From Candidatus Latescibacterota bacterium (lineage in GTDB: Bacteria > Latescibacterota > UBA2968 > UBA8231), in assembly GCA_965206595.1 (NCBI GenBank), contig OZ242214.1, forward strand, positions 1,394,986-1,458,985: a stretch of DNA of 64,000 nucleotides, in the 5' to 3' direction. The position numbers and the translations under genes were made by a program. Positions 19,448 to 28,560 of the stretch are shown here, piece after piece (positions within the stretch are counted from its first letter, which is position 1; the number at the start of each line of letters is the position of its first letter). The notes under the pieces are model-generated. The model was not told the DNA's origin and did not search any database. It saw only the letters and a program-made list of their open reading frames with translations.

Positions 19448-20356
19448 TCAGCCCCCGTCCGCGAGCTTCTCCGCCTCGGCGGCGACGTCGATTCCGACCA
19501 TTTCGGTCCAGGCGTCGAGGAGCCGGCCGGTCACCTCGCCCGGCCTGCCGTCGGCGATCGCTTGCCTGTCGACGTGGGTGACCGGCAGGATCGACCAGGG
19601 GGTGCTGGCGAAGAAGGCTTCGTCCGCGGTGTGGATGTCGTACGGCTGAAGGTCTTCCTCGCTTGCGGGAATCCCGGTCTGCGCGGCGAGGTCGAGAACC
19701 GTCTGCCTGGAAACCCCGGCGAGGATGGCGCGGTCGTCCGGGGTGCGGAGGACGCCCCCGGAGACGATGAAGACGTTGTACCCCGACCCCTCGGTGAGGT
19801 TGCCCGCGGCATCGGTCAGGATCGGCCACGCTCCGGGGTCGAGGTCGTTGGCCTCGATTTCCGCCATGGCCATGTTCATGCGGCTGAGGTGCTTGATCTT
19901 GGGGTCGAGGGCGAGGGGATCGTAGCTGCGGGTTTTCGTGACCACCGCGTGCATGCCCTCCCTGTAGTAGCGGGCGACCCATTCGTTGGCGACCGGGGCG
20001 TACTTGATGTAGAGGTTCGGCGGCCCCGCCATCCACGCCCGAGGGCCGCCGGATCCCCGCGTCACCAGCTGCGTTATGATGAAATCGATGCCGGGAGCCC
20101 GCTCGCGATTGCGCCGGATCCCCTCCTCGGTCAGGGAGAGCATTTCCGCGGGGGACAGCTCGAGGTCGATGCGCACGTACTTGAGCGACTTGTACAGCCG
20201 CTCGATATGCTCTTCCAGCCGGAACCCCTTGCCGCCGAAGGTCCGCTCGACGTCGAGCACCTGGTCGCCCAGAAGGGTGCCGCGATCGTTCGGGTCGGGG
20301 AGCATCCGGCTCATCGGCAGCCATTCCCCGTTCTTGCAGCCTACCAGCTCAGGCAT
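19448..20356 (-). CDS. Class IV (branched-chain/D-amino-acid) PLP-dependent aminotransferase family
   Basis: Fold-type IV pattern (FRLEEHIERLYKS, TEGSGYNVFIV, RQTVLDL); start 3 nt after the stop of the upstream PhyH gene. Confidence 0.85.
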   Translation of the reverse strand: MPELVGCKNGEWLPMSRMLPDPNDRGTLLGDQVLDVERTFGGKGFRLEEHIERLYKSLKYVRIDLELSPAEMLSLTEEGIRRNRERAPGIDFIITQLVTRGSGGPRAWMAGPPNLYIKYAPVANEWVARYYREGMHAVVTKTRSYDPLALDPKIKHLSRMNMAMAEIEANDLDPGAWPILTDAAGNLTEGSGYNVFIVSGGVLRTPDDRAILAGVSRQTVLDLAAQTGIPASEEDLQPYDIHTADEAFFASTPWSILPVTHVDRQAIADGRPGEVTGRLLDAWTEMVGIDVAAEAEKLADGG

Positions 20357-20359
20357 TGC

Positions 20360-21226
20360 TCAGGCGACCACTATCGGGCGGTGGAGCAGGGTCTGGCTCT
20401 CGTAGATGGAGCCGCTGCGTCCCGGGCGGATGACAGCCGGCTCGGGCACCGCGGGAACGTCGGTGTGTCGCGGCTTGGCGATCGGCTTCCCCCTGATGAT
20501 GCAGGCGTCGAACGCGGCCATGTCCTCCGGCGGGTTCTTGATGGGCCAGGCATCGGCGGCGCAGTACTGCAGCAGGTAGAGACGGCGCGACCGGGTCTGG
20601 GAAGTGTTGGGTGCCGAGGCGTGCAGCATGGTGCCGTGGTGGATGGTGATCCCGCCCGCCTTCACCTCGACCGGGACCGCGTTCTCCGCGCCGAATTCGT
20701 TATCGGTGACGGCCCCGACGAAGAACTCCTCCTGGTAGTGGTTGTAGATCGGCCCCCGGTGCGATCCGGGGACGACCAGCAGGCAGCCGTTCTCCAGGTT
20801 CATGTCGTCGATGGCCACTCCCACGGCCAGGATGTCTTCGTTGGTGCGCGCGCAGAAGGCGTAGTCCTGGTGCCATTCGACCGGGCTGCCGAACCCGGCC
20901 GACTTCATGTTGAGCTTGCCGCTGAAGTGGCGGATGTCCGGGCCGACCAGCTGCGCGACCTTGTCGAGAATGCGGCTGTCGCGGAAGATGCGGTCGTACG
21001 CCGGGTGCAGCTCCTCGGGATGCTTGAGGCGCCGCAGGCGCGGGGAAGCGGGGCTGTGCCCGGGCTCGAGGTCGAAGTCCTCGTCGTTCTCCGTCACCTG
21101 CCGGGAGCGCTCGACGAACTCGTCGGTTACCCGCCTGAGCTCCTCGATCTCCGGGCCTGAGAAAACCCCTTCCACGCTGGTGTAACCCCGGGCGTGGTAG
21201 GCTTCGACCTGTTCCTGTGTCAGCAT
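20360..21226 (-). CDS. PhyH-family Fe(II)/2OG dioxygenase
   Basis: Canonical N-terminus MLTQEQVEAYHARGY; H-x-D (EWHQDYAF), distal His/Arg (TIHHGTMLHASAPNTSQTRSR). Confidence 0.9.
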   Translation of the reverse strand: MLTQEQVEAYHARGYTSVEGVFSGPEIEELRRVTDEFVERSRQVTENDEDFDLEPGHSPASPRLRRLKHPEELHPAYDRIFRDSRILDKVAQLVGPDIRHFSGKLNMKSAGFGSPVEWHQDYAFCARTNEDILAVGVAIDDMNLENGCLLVVPGSHRGPIYNHYQEEFFVGAVTDNEFGAENAVPVEVKAGGITIHHGTMLHASAPNTSQTRSRRLYLLQYCAADAWPIKNPPEDMAAFDACIIRGKPIAKPRHTDVPAVPEPAVIRPGRSGSIYESQTLLHRPIVVA

Positions 21227-21323
21227 GGATGCTCCTTTTGCTCAAGGTCTGGGGGGTGACGCGATGGAAACAAATACGGGGTCCCGCGGTGGAAAAACAA
21301 CGAGTGCCATGCGCCGGGGCCAA

Positions 21324-22406
21324 TCACTCCAGGGGCGGTATCCCCTGACCCGCGGCGGCGCGCCGATTCCAGGAGACCCTGCCGGCGGCGACGTCTTCGA
21401 GGCTCAACTTCTCGCCGCCCCGCTCGGCCGAGCAGTTCGCTCCCAGCACCGCGACGAGGCTGTTGACGCTCGCCGGGTAGGGCGACCGCGTCGCCGTCGG
21501 ATCTTCGGCCCTGACCGCGGCGATGAAGGCGCGCGCCTGCAGCGCCTGGCAGTTCCGGCCGCCCCTGGCCGCCTCCTCGTCCTCGAAGACCGCGGTTCCG
21601 TTCTCGACCACCCTGTCGCTGCTCCATTCGACAATCGAGTCGTCGCCGACGACGGTCAGGGCGCGGCGTCCGGGGCCGGAGTCGCCGTCGTACAGGACCC
21701 TCGCCGTCGAGGCGTTGGCGAGCAGGCCGGAGGCGAAGCGGAAGTTGGCGGTGTACACGTGCGGCAGGTTCATCGGCTCGGGCCCCTCGCCGGGCCGGCG
21801 CCACTGGTAGAAGGCGGAGACGTCGGCGATGTCGCCGAGCAGGTAGCGCAGCAGGTCGACCATGTGGATGGTGTTCTCGACGAAAGAGCCGCCGCACTCC
21901 TCGTAGCGGCTCGTCCACCAGCGCAGCGGCTTTCCGGAGTAGAACATCTGGATCGAGGCGTGCCGGGGGGTTCGCTGACGCAGGAGCTGCCGGGCGGCCT
22001 TCGCCGAGGGGTGGTAGCGGAACTGGAAGCCGACCTGGCTGACGATGCCGGCGCGCTCGATGACCGCGGCGGTCTCGACCGCCTCGGCGGCGTCGAAGCT
22101 GACCGGTTTCTCGACGAACAGGTGGATCCCCCTTTCGGCGACCTCCCTCACTTCGCCGGTGTGCCAGGTAGGGGGCAGGCAGACGTAGACAGCGTCGAGC
22201 TCCTCGCTGTCGAGCATCTGCCGGTAGTCCCCGTAGGTCGCCGCGGGCCCGTACTCTGCGGCGCGTTCCTTCAGGGCCTCGGGGTCGACGTCGCAGAACG
22301 CCTGCAGAACGACCTCCCCGCTCCCGACCAGGGGGGCGAGCGCCGGAAGGTGCGCCCGCGAGGCGATGTGCCCGGTGCCGATGACTCCCACCCTGACAGC
22401 TCTCAT
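21324..22406 (-). CDS. Gfo/Idh/MocA-family NAD(P)-dependent oxidoreductase
   Basis: Rossmann N-terminus MRAVRVGVIGTGHIA, EKP motif (HLFVEKPVS); start at the internal ATG preceded by AGGAGA (ORF track starts 30 nt upstream at 22436). Confidence 0.85.
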   Translation of the reverse strand: MRAVRVGVIGTGHIASRAHLPALAPLVGSGEVVLQAFCDVDPEALKERAAEYGPAATYGDYRQMLDSEELDAVYVCLPPTWHTGEVREVAERGIHLFVEKPVSFDAAEAVETAAVIERAGIVSQVGFQFRYHPSAKAARQLLRQRTPRHASIQMFYSGKPLRWWTSRYEECGGSFVENTIHMVDLLRYLLGDIADVSAFYQWRRPGEGPEPMNLPHVYTANFRFASGLLANASTARVLYDGDSGPGRRALTVVGDDSIVEWSSDRVVENGTAVFEDEEAARGGRNCQALQARAFIAAVRAEDPTATRSPYPASVNSLVAVLGANCSAERGGEKLSLEDVAAGRVSWNRRAAAGQGIPPLE

Positions 22407-22569
22407 GCTTTCGGTCTCCTGGTCATGCAAAGGCAACCATCCGCCGGCAGGCTCGGAGGCGGTGCCACGGGTTTTCCGGCGCGGCTATGCCGGGGTTGAT
22501 CGCAGCGAGCCGTGCCGTACAATGCAGCCGCGAGGATAAGCAGTTCGACCTGAGACGGGAAGAAGCGAC

Positions 22570-23679
22570 ATGGAAGCGAAGAAGTACCGCGTCGCCGTGG
22601 TCGGCGGCGCCGGCACCTGGGGCCGCTACTACACCCGGGCCTGCGCCGAGCATCCGCAGTGCGAGATCGTCGCCCTCGTCGACAGGGCCCGGGAGAGGCG
22701 GCAGCGGTTCGCCGAGCATTACGGAATCCCCCGCACCTGCGACTCCATCGAGGAGCTGCTGGCCGACGAGGTGCCCGACATCGTCACCGCCAGCATCCCG
22801 GTCGCCTGGATACACGACACCGTCGTCGCCTGCGCCGAGGCCGGGGTCAGGGCGGTGTCGTGCGAGAAGCCGATCGACTACCAGCTGTCCCGCGCCGACG
22901 AGACCGTTAGGATCTGCCGCGAGCGCGGCACCGCCTTCGGCTGCGGCACCGCCCACTGGGGAGAGCCGTTCCTCCCCGAGACCGTCGCCTGGCTGCGGGA
23001 GGGCCACCTCGGAAAGGTGACCGCCGCGGCCATCCCAGGCGGGCTCCCCACCGAGGTCTCGGGAGGCGGCTGCCACATCCTGGCCATGATGCGCTTCGTA
23101 ACAGGTCTCGAGGTGGAGTGGGTCGAGGGAGTCACCCATCCCCCGGAACCGACCTTTGCCGCCGCCGAGGCCGAGAGCGACACCGAGATCGATCGGCCCG
23201 CGTACGGCAGGCTCGGGCTTGCCGGCGGCGCCGTCTGCGCGGCGCTCGATCCGCAGCTCGGGCACCGCGGCTGCATCCTCTCGGTCAGCGGCGAGAACGG
23301 CCGCGTCTGGATCTCGCGGCCGCGGCCGGTGATCGTGCTGGGAACCGGGGCCGAAGCGACCCCGGTCTTTCCCGAGTTTCTCGAAGGGCCGCCGCCGTCT
23401 CCCGGGGCCATGCACATGATCCGCCACGCCATCGACCGGCTCGTCGCAGCCTGCGAGACCGGGAGCAGCGAGGTCTCCTGCAGCGGCGCCGACTACCTGC
23501 GCGCCCTGGAGACCGCCATCGCCCTGAACCACTCGGCCGCCCGCGGCGGGGAGCGCATCGAGCTGCCCCTCGAGGACCGCTCGCTCAAGCTCTACCCGCA
23601 TCCCTACCGGCTCTACGGCGGCGATCAGGCCGGCTGGGAGAGCATCGGCTACAGCGGCCCCCCGGACATCGCGGCGTAG
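22570..23679 (+). CDS. Gfo/Idh/MocA-family oxidoreductase (divergent from 21324..22406)
   Basis: N-terminal YRVAVVGGAGTWGRYY nucleotide-binding motif, CEKP motif. Confidence 0.8.
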   Translation: MEAKKYRVAVVGGAGTWGRYYTRACAEHPQCEIVALVDRARERRQRFAEHYGIPRTCDSIEELLADEVPDIVTASIPVAWIHDTVVACAEAGVRAVSCEKPIDYQLSRADETVRICRERGTAFGCGTAHWGEPFLPETVAWLREGHLGKVTAAAIPGGLPTEVSGGGCHILAMMRFVTGLEVEWVEGVTHPPEPTFAAAEAESDTEIDRPAYGRLGLAGGAVCAALDPQLGHRGCILSVSGENGRVWISRPRPVIVLGTGAEATPVFPEFLEGPPPSPGAMHMIRHAIDRLVAACETGSSEVSCSGADYLRALETAIALNHSAARGGERIELPLEDRSLKLYPHPYRLYGGDQAGWESIGYSGPPDIAA

Positions 23680-23758
23680 CTGACCCCTCGGTTTCCTTCC
23701 CGCCTTTCTCCGGCTCCGGGCACCTTGATCGATCCGCTTCCGAGAAAGGAATAGCCAG

Positions 23759-24808
23759 GTGGATTCGCTGACCCAGGCGGCCCTCGGCGCCGCGGTCGGG
23801 TACGGGGTCCTGGGGCGGCAGGCCGGCCGCAAGGCCCTGGTATGGGGCGCGGTTCTCGGCACCCTTCCCGACCTCGACGTGTTCGTGCCGCTCGGGGACG
23901 ACGTCGCCGACTTCACCCACCATCGCGGCCCCACCCACTCGCTGCTCCTGCACGCCGCCGCAACACCAGTTATCGCCTGGGTAATGGGACGGGTGCAGCC
24001 GTCGATCCTGCCGTTCCGCCTCCGCCGCTGGCTGCTGACCTTTCTCTGCCTGACGACGCACGCCCTGCTCGACGGCTTCACCGCGTACAGCACGCAGCTG
24101 CTCTGGCCCCTGCCGGTGGCGCCGACCGCCTGGTCTACCCTGTTCATCATCGATCCCCTCTACAGCCTGCCGCTGTTCGCAGGGGTGATCGCTGCGATTG
24201 TGTCGACGGGAGAGAGAGCGGCGCGCTGGAACCGCCTGGGTCTGCTGCTGAGCACCGCCTACCTCCTCCTCAGCATAGCGGCCAAACTGCACGTCGACGG
24301 GGCCGTGCGCGAAACCCTGCGGGGGGATCCCGGGGCGGGATCCTTCATCTCGGGTGCCACACCGTTCAACATCCTGCTGTGGCGCGTCGTGGCGATGGAC
24401 AGCGACGGTTATCGGATCGGCTACTACTCTCTCCTCGACGACGCGGACCGCGTCCGCTTCACCCGCTACCCGGACGACCGGGAACTTCTCGAAGCCATCG
24501 CCGAGGAGGAGCCGGTAGCCGACCTGAAGCGGGTGACCAAGGGATTCTACGGGGTGCGCCTCGTCGGCAGCGAAATCCAGGTCGCCGACCTGCGCATGGG
24601 GTTCGAGCCGGCGTACGTGTTCCGCTTCGTGGTCGGGGAGCTACGGGAGGGTCAGGTAAGGCCGGTGCCGAACCGCCGCGCCGGGGGCGGCCCCGACGTC
24701 ATGACCCTGGGCTGGATCTGGCGGCGGATATGGGACGAGTCCCTGTCGCCTCCCCATCCGGGGGAGGGGCGGTCATCCAGCCTCTTCACTACGGGACGCA
24801 AAGGGTAA
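23759..24808 (+). CDS. Membrane-bound metal-dependent hydrolase (YdjM/DUF457-like)
   Basis: N-terminus MDSLTQAALGAAVGYG, PDLD and HRGPTHSLL motifs, several hydrophobic helices. Confidence 0.7.
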   Translation: MDSLTQAALGAAVGYGVLGRQAGRKALVWGAVLGTLPDLDVFVPLGDDVADFTHHRGPTHSLLLHAAATPVIAWVMGRVQPSILPFRLRRWLLTFLCLTTHALLDGFTAYSTQLLWPLPVAPTAWSTLFIIDPLYSLPLFAGVIAAIVSTGERAARWNRLGLLLSTAYLLLSIAAKLHVDGAVRETLRGDPGAGSFISGATPFNILLWRVVAMDSDGYRIGYYSLLDDADRVRFTRYPDDRELLEAIAEEEPVADLKRVTKGFYGVRLVGSEIQVADLRMGFEPAYVFRFVVGELREGQVRPVPNRRAGGGPDVMTLGWIWRRIWDESLSPPHPGEGRSSSLFTTGRKG

Positions 24809-24892
24809 GGATGCGGCGCCAAGCCGTGGCGGGGCGTACCTGGCGTGGGCGAAAATCTTCACACTCCCGTGCGCTGACCAACCCAGTCATAG

Positions 24893-25985
24893 AGCAAGTC
24901 CCCGGAATACAACGGACGCGAGCACGGGTGGTCCGCCCATTACGACGGCGAGTGGGTCTCGGCCGTACTGGCGGTGTTTCTGCGCGTGGTGGGCGGCTGG
25001 TATCGACGTCAGGCGCAGGCCATGGGCCATGACCGCGCGCGGTGGGGCTCGGTGACCTTCGTCCAGCGGTTCGGTTCCTCCCTGAACCTCAATCCCCACA
25101 TGCACGTGCTCATGCTCGACGGGGTCTACGTCGATGGGGAGGACGCTCCGGTTTTCGTAGCGGCCCCGCCGTTGTCGGACCAAGCCGTGCAGCAGATCGT
25201 GGAGACGAGTGCGCGCCGCATCATCCGCTTGTGCACGAAACGCGGCCTGTTGGACGACACCGCCGCCGATCCGCTCGCCGACGAGGAGCCGGTGCTGGCG
25301 GCTCTCACCGCGGCTTCGGTGCGAGGGCTCACCGCCACACCGGGGCCCGCGCCGGCCAACGCCTGCGCCGGGTCCTGAAAGATCCGGCCACCGGGGTGCG
25401 TACGGCGCCCTTGTGCTTTGCTTCGCGCGGCTTTTCGCTGCATGCGGCAACGCGGATCGCAGGCCCTGACCGGCGCGGGCTCGAACGCTTGTGCCGCTAC
25501 GTGGCCCGGCCGCCCTGGCGGGAGGGCGTCTGCGCTTTGTCGATGCCGACCCTCTTTCCTTCGCGCTCAAAACGCCGTGGTCGGATGGGACCCGCCATCT
25601 CCTGCTGTCTCCGATGGACCTGCTGGAGAAGCTGGCGGCTCTGGTTCCCCCGCCCCGGTTTCATCTCCTGCGCTACCACGGGGTCCTGGCGCCCCGGGCC
25701 CGGGCCCGCGAGCGCATCGTGCCGGCCAAGCCGGTTGCCGAGTCGTCGTCGGCGGACGGCTCGGCGAGCGTTGCGTCCTGCGGCCATCGACTGCGGTGGG
25801 CGACCCTGCTGGCGCGGGTGTTTTCCTCCGACCTCAGCGAATGCGCGGCATGCGGCGGTGGCCTGAGAATCATCGCCGCCCTGACCGATCCGGCCTCGAT
25901 CCGGACCTATCCGGAGGGGGTAGGGCTGCCGGCGATGCCCCCGCCGAGGGCCCCGCCTGAGCCGCTGTTCGAGTTCGCCGCCTGA
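24893..25985 (+). pseudogene. IS91-family (HUH, rolling-circle) transposase remnant: 5'-truncated and frameshifted
   Basis: Pieces in three frames: HUH-like NLNPHMHVLMLDGVY (ORF 24974..25378), LCRYVARPPW region (frame of 25042..25866), C-terminal FHLLRYHGVLAP plus Cys-rich CGHRLRW...CAACGG (ORF 25491..25985). Open frame begins only at 24893, directly after the ydjM-like gene, so the N-terminal ~100 aa are missing. Confidence 0.65.
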
Positions 25986-26289
25986 CCTGCCTTCTCGACC
26001 CGTCGCCGTCGCCGGGCGTACGGCGGGGGGTGCCCTCAACGGTCCCTCAGGCCCCGGATTTTGATCCGGATACGGGCCTACAGGCAACCAAACTGTACTG
26101 CGAGCTCGGCCGAAGGACTGGCAAACGATCCTCAGGGAGCTGCCTGACCCTAGCGGTGCGCTCAGCGCCTTGACCCGAGAGTCCAAAAAAGGTGCCTCAT
26201 TTTACCTATACTCAACGACGATGATGGCGCTCATAGCTCACCTCCATCTTTAAGAGACTGTTTCTGCATCGACCTTCTAATCCATTCGA

Positions 26290-26315
26290 CAACCTTGATT
26301 CTCTCGTAAAAACCC
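26290..26315. repeat. IS1182 terminal inverted repeat, outer left copy
   Basis: CAACCTTGATTCTCTCGTAAAAACCC; 20-nt core identical to the reverse complement of 28460-28479. Confidence 0.7.
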
Positions 26316-26445
26316 TACGTCCCCAGAATGCCCGGTTTTTTATACAACATATAGTGTATGCCTTGTCTTAGTTGGCCAATATATAGTGGCGCTCTAGTGT
26401 GCTGAATCGCTGAACATCCTGAAAATGGGGTTAATACGAAGGAGT

Positions 26446-26472
26446 CAACCTTGACTCCCTCGTAACAACCCC
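26446..26472. repeat. IS1182 IR-like repeat, inner left copy (imperfect)
   Basis: CAACCTTGACTCCCTCGTAACAACCCC; 3 mismatches to the core; 165 bp from the transposase stop. Confidence 0.6.
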
Positions 26473-26636
26473 GTTTTCAAGGCAGAGAATTTTTCTTGAA
26501 ACTTTAGTTTCACCAACATGAAAAGAATCGGGAATGCGCCGCTATTCAAGCAGCTTCAGCGCTCTATCGTCCGATGGCCTCGAATCGGGCTTATAAGGCC
26601 TTTTTGCGGCACCGAAAAGGACCTCCGTTCCCTTTT

Positions 26637-28382
26637 TCAGCCCATCGCCGGAGCTATGGCTTCGGGTTTGGGCGTAAGCGCCCGCAGCATTCTCTTGAAA
26701 TTGCAGGCCAGGGCTTTCAGGTAGACGGCCAGCTCCACGCGCCAGCGTCCGCGCACACGCAGGGCGCCCAGCCCGTGTCTTCGTTTCAGTTCCGAGACCG
26801 TGGCCTCGATGCCGGCGCGAATGCGATAGCGCTCCTTGAAGGCGCCGCTGGCGATGGCGCGGCGGCGGCGTTCGAGGTTGACGGCTTTCAGGTCCACGGT
26901 TACGGCGTAGCCGTCCCCGTCCTGGTTCGGCCGCACCGGGCAGAGGGGAAACAGGGCGCAGGTCTGGCAGCTTCGGCGCTCGAAGGTCAGCACCACGTGG
27001 TGCTTCTTCTTCTCATACGACGTTTGCTCTCTAGCCAGGTATCCGGCCGGGCAGATGGCCGGATCCCGGAGACGGGCCTCGACGAGGAAGTCGGCTTCGG
27101 TCACCGTATCGGGGCGCTCCTCGACGTCGACCTGCGGGCCTTTGACCGGGCTGACCAACTCGGTGCCCAGGCGCTCGGCGTTGACGGCGTTGTCGCCGGA
27201 GCCGAAGGCGGTGTCGGCGACCAGCTCGTCGGGTCGTTGCCCGCGCTCTTCGAGGGCCTCCAGCACCGGCATCGTCGCGTGCTCGTCACTGGCGCAGGCA
27301 TCGGTCACCGCTACGTGGGTGATCCTGTTCACGGTGTCGGTCTGGTCGTCGTCGGTCTGGTCGTCGTCGGTCTGGTCGTCGTCAGTCTGGTCGTCGTCAG
27401 TCTCGACGCAGGTCTCGGCGATCTGCACCTCATACCCCTTGCCCTTGCGGCCGTGGTAGGTGGCCTCGGCATCATAGGGGCTTTGCAGCGAGTCGCTGCC
27501 GACCTTCTCAGGCGCCTTCAGCACCACCGGCACGCCGCCTTCGCCGGCGTCGTCGTCCTCGGTCGAGGGGCGCTGCTTGTCCACGATCACCTCACACTGC
27601 TCCCACAGCAGGCGCTGCAGCAGCGCGTAGGATGCCAGGCCCTCCGCCGCCGTGCCCGCAAACAGCTGATGGAGACGGTAGAGGTCGCGGGCGCACACCG
27701 GCAGCCGCCTCTTGCCCGTGCCGGAGGGCGCGTCCTGGTAGGCCGTGGCGCTGCCGTCCTCCTTCAGGTAGCGCTCGCGCAGGCGCTTCGACACCCGCCC
27801 GTACAGGCGCGGATGCTCCGCCGCCAGGGTTTTCAGAAAGTGACGGAGGGTCTCACACAACAGCCCCAGACGCGACAACACCGCGATGTTGCTGAGCACG
27901 TGGGTGGAGTCCAGACGCTGCCGGGTGACCTTCGTACCCAACGCTTGGAGAATGCCATCCGTGGTCGCCTCGAACGCCTGCCGGCCGCGGTCATGGGCCA
28001 GCAAGCGAGCGCGGAAGTTGTGCAGCGTCAGGACGTTGTTAGTCCTCGTCTTCTGCGCCAGGTGGGCCTCCTCCGGGGTCAGCTCCAGGGCGTGCTGCCA
28101 CAGCAGGCTGAACTCCAGCTGCTCCAGCGCCTCGGCGTCGGTCAGAGCGAACATCTCCTTGAGCAGAAGCACGCCCAAGACCGTCGCCACCGGCTGGTTG
28201 GGACGACCGTTGTCGTCGCAATACAAGAGCGCGAACTGTTCTTCGTCGATCAGCGGCAAGGCGTGCGCGCGAAAGCTCTCGGCCCAGCTCGCCTGCAGGC
28301 GCCGCTGCTTGGACGGAGGCACCAGGTTGCGGCTCTCGAACAGGGTGCGTTGCGAATCCTTCGTACGAAACATCAGCCCCAT
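26637..28382 (-). CDS. IS1182-family DDE transposase
   Basis: 581 aa; N-terminal MGLMFRTKDSQRTLFESRNLVPP, C-terminal Cys-rich region (CQTCALFPLCP), acidic linker with (DDDQT)x4. Confidence 0.8.
   Translation of the reverse strand: MGLMFRTKDSQRTLFESRNLVPPSKQRRLQASWAESFRAHALPLIDEEQFALLYCDDNGRPNQPVATVLGVLLLKEMFALTDAEALEQLEFSLLWQHALELTPEEAHLAQKTRTNNVLTLHNFRARLLAHDRGRQAFEATTDGILQALGTKVTRQRLDSTHVLSNIAVLSRLGLLCETLRHFLKTLAAEHPRLYGRVSKRLRERYLKEDGSATAYQDAPSGTGKRRLPVCARDLYRLHQLFAGTAAEGLASYALLQRLLWEQCEVIVDKQRPSTEDDDAGEGGVPVVLKAPEKVGSDSLQSPYDAEATYHGRKGKGYEVQIAETCVETDDDQTDDDQTDDDQTDDDQTDTVNRITHVAVTDACASDEHATMPVLEALEERGQRPDELVADTAFGSGDNAVNAERLGTELVSPVKGPQVDVEERPDTVTEADFLVEARLRDPAICPAGYLAREQTSYEKKKHHVVLTFERRSCQTCALFPLCPVRPNQDGDGYAVTVDLKAVNLERRRRAIASGAFKERYRIRAGIEATVSELKRRHGLGALRVRGRWRVELAVYLKALACNFKRMLRALTPKPEAIAPAMG
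27336..27404. repeat. 15-bp tandem repeat (about 4.5 units, GTCGGTCTGGTCGTC) inside the IS1182 transposase gene
   Basis: Three perfect units at 27336-27380, then a G->A variant and a partial unit; encodes the DDDQT repeat on the minus strand. Confidence 0.85.
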
Positions 28383-28459
28383 CCAGTAAAGAGGAAGTGT
28401 GTGACGGATTGGTATACACCAATATACCAGGAACCCTTGATTATCAGGGCTGTGAGAGA

Positions 28460-28486
28460 GGGGTTTTTACGAGAGAATCACTCTTG
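28460..28486. repeat. IS1182 terminal inverted repeat, right (transposase-proximal) end
   Basis: GGGGTTTTTACGAGAGAATCACTCTTG. Confidence 0.7.
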
Positions 28487-28560
28487 TTAAAAAGTGCGTA
28501 AAGTGGAGGCTACACCCTTTCCTGCTGTGGGGATGTTGGCAGGTACCCGAAGACCCCAAT

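Larger units (their letters stand above)
26290..28486 (-). mobile_element. IS1182-family insertion sequence (IS5-like DDE transposase) with AT-richer ends
   Basis: 581-aa transposase flanked by inverted repeats sharing the core TGATTCTCTCGTAAAAACCC (26296-26315 vs reverse complement of 28460-28479); local GC visibly lower than surroundings. Left boundary ambiguous: a second, imperfect IR copy lies at 26446-26472. Confidence 0.65.

Noticed and set aside
26050-26078. GC-rich hairpin considered as part of a tRNA
   Set aside because: No acceptor stem, D-arm or T-loop consensus around it; better explained as a terminal hairpin or terminator at the IS91 remnant end.
26000-26640. AT-richer region with repeated ~26-bp sequences, considered as a possible CRISPR array
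   Set aside because: Only two direct copies plus one inverted copy 2 kb away; the copies are imperfect and flank a transposase, so they are IS terminal inverted repeats, not a repeat-spacer array.
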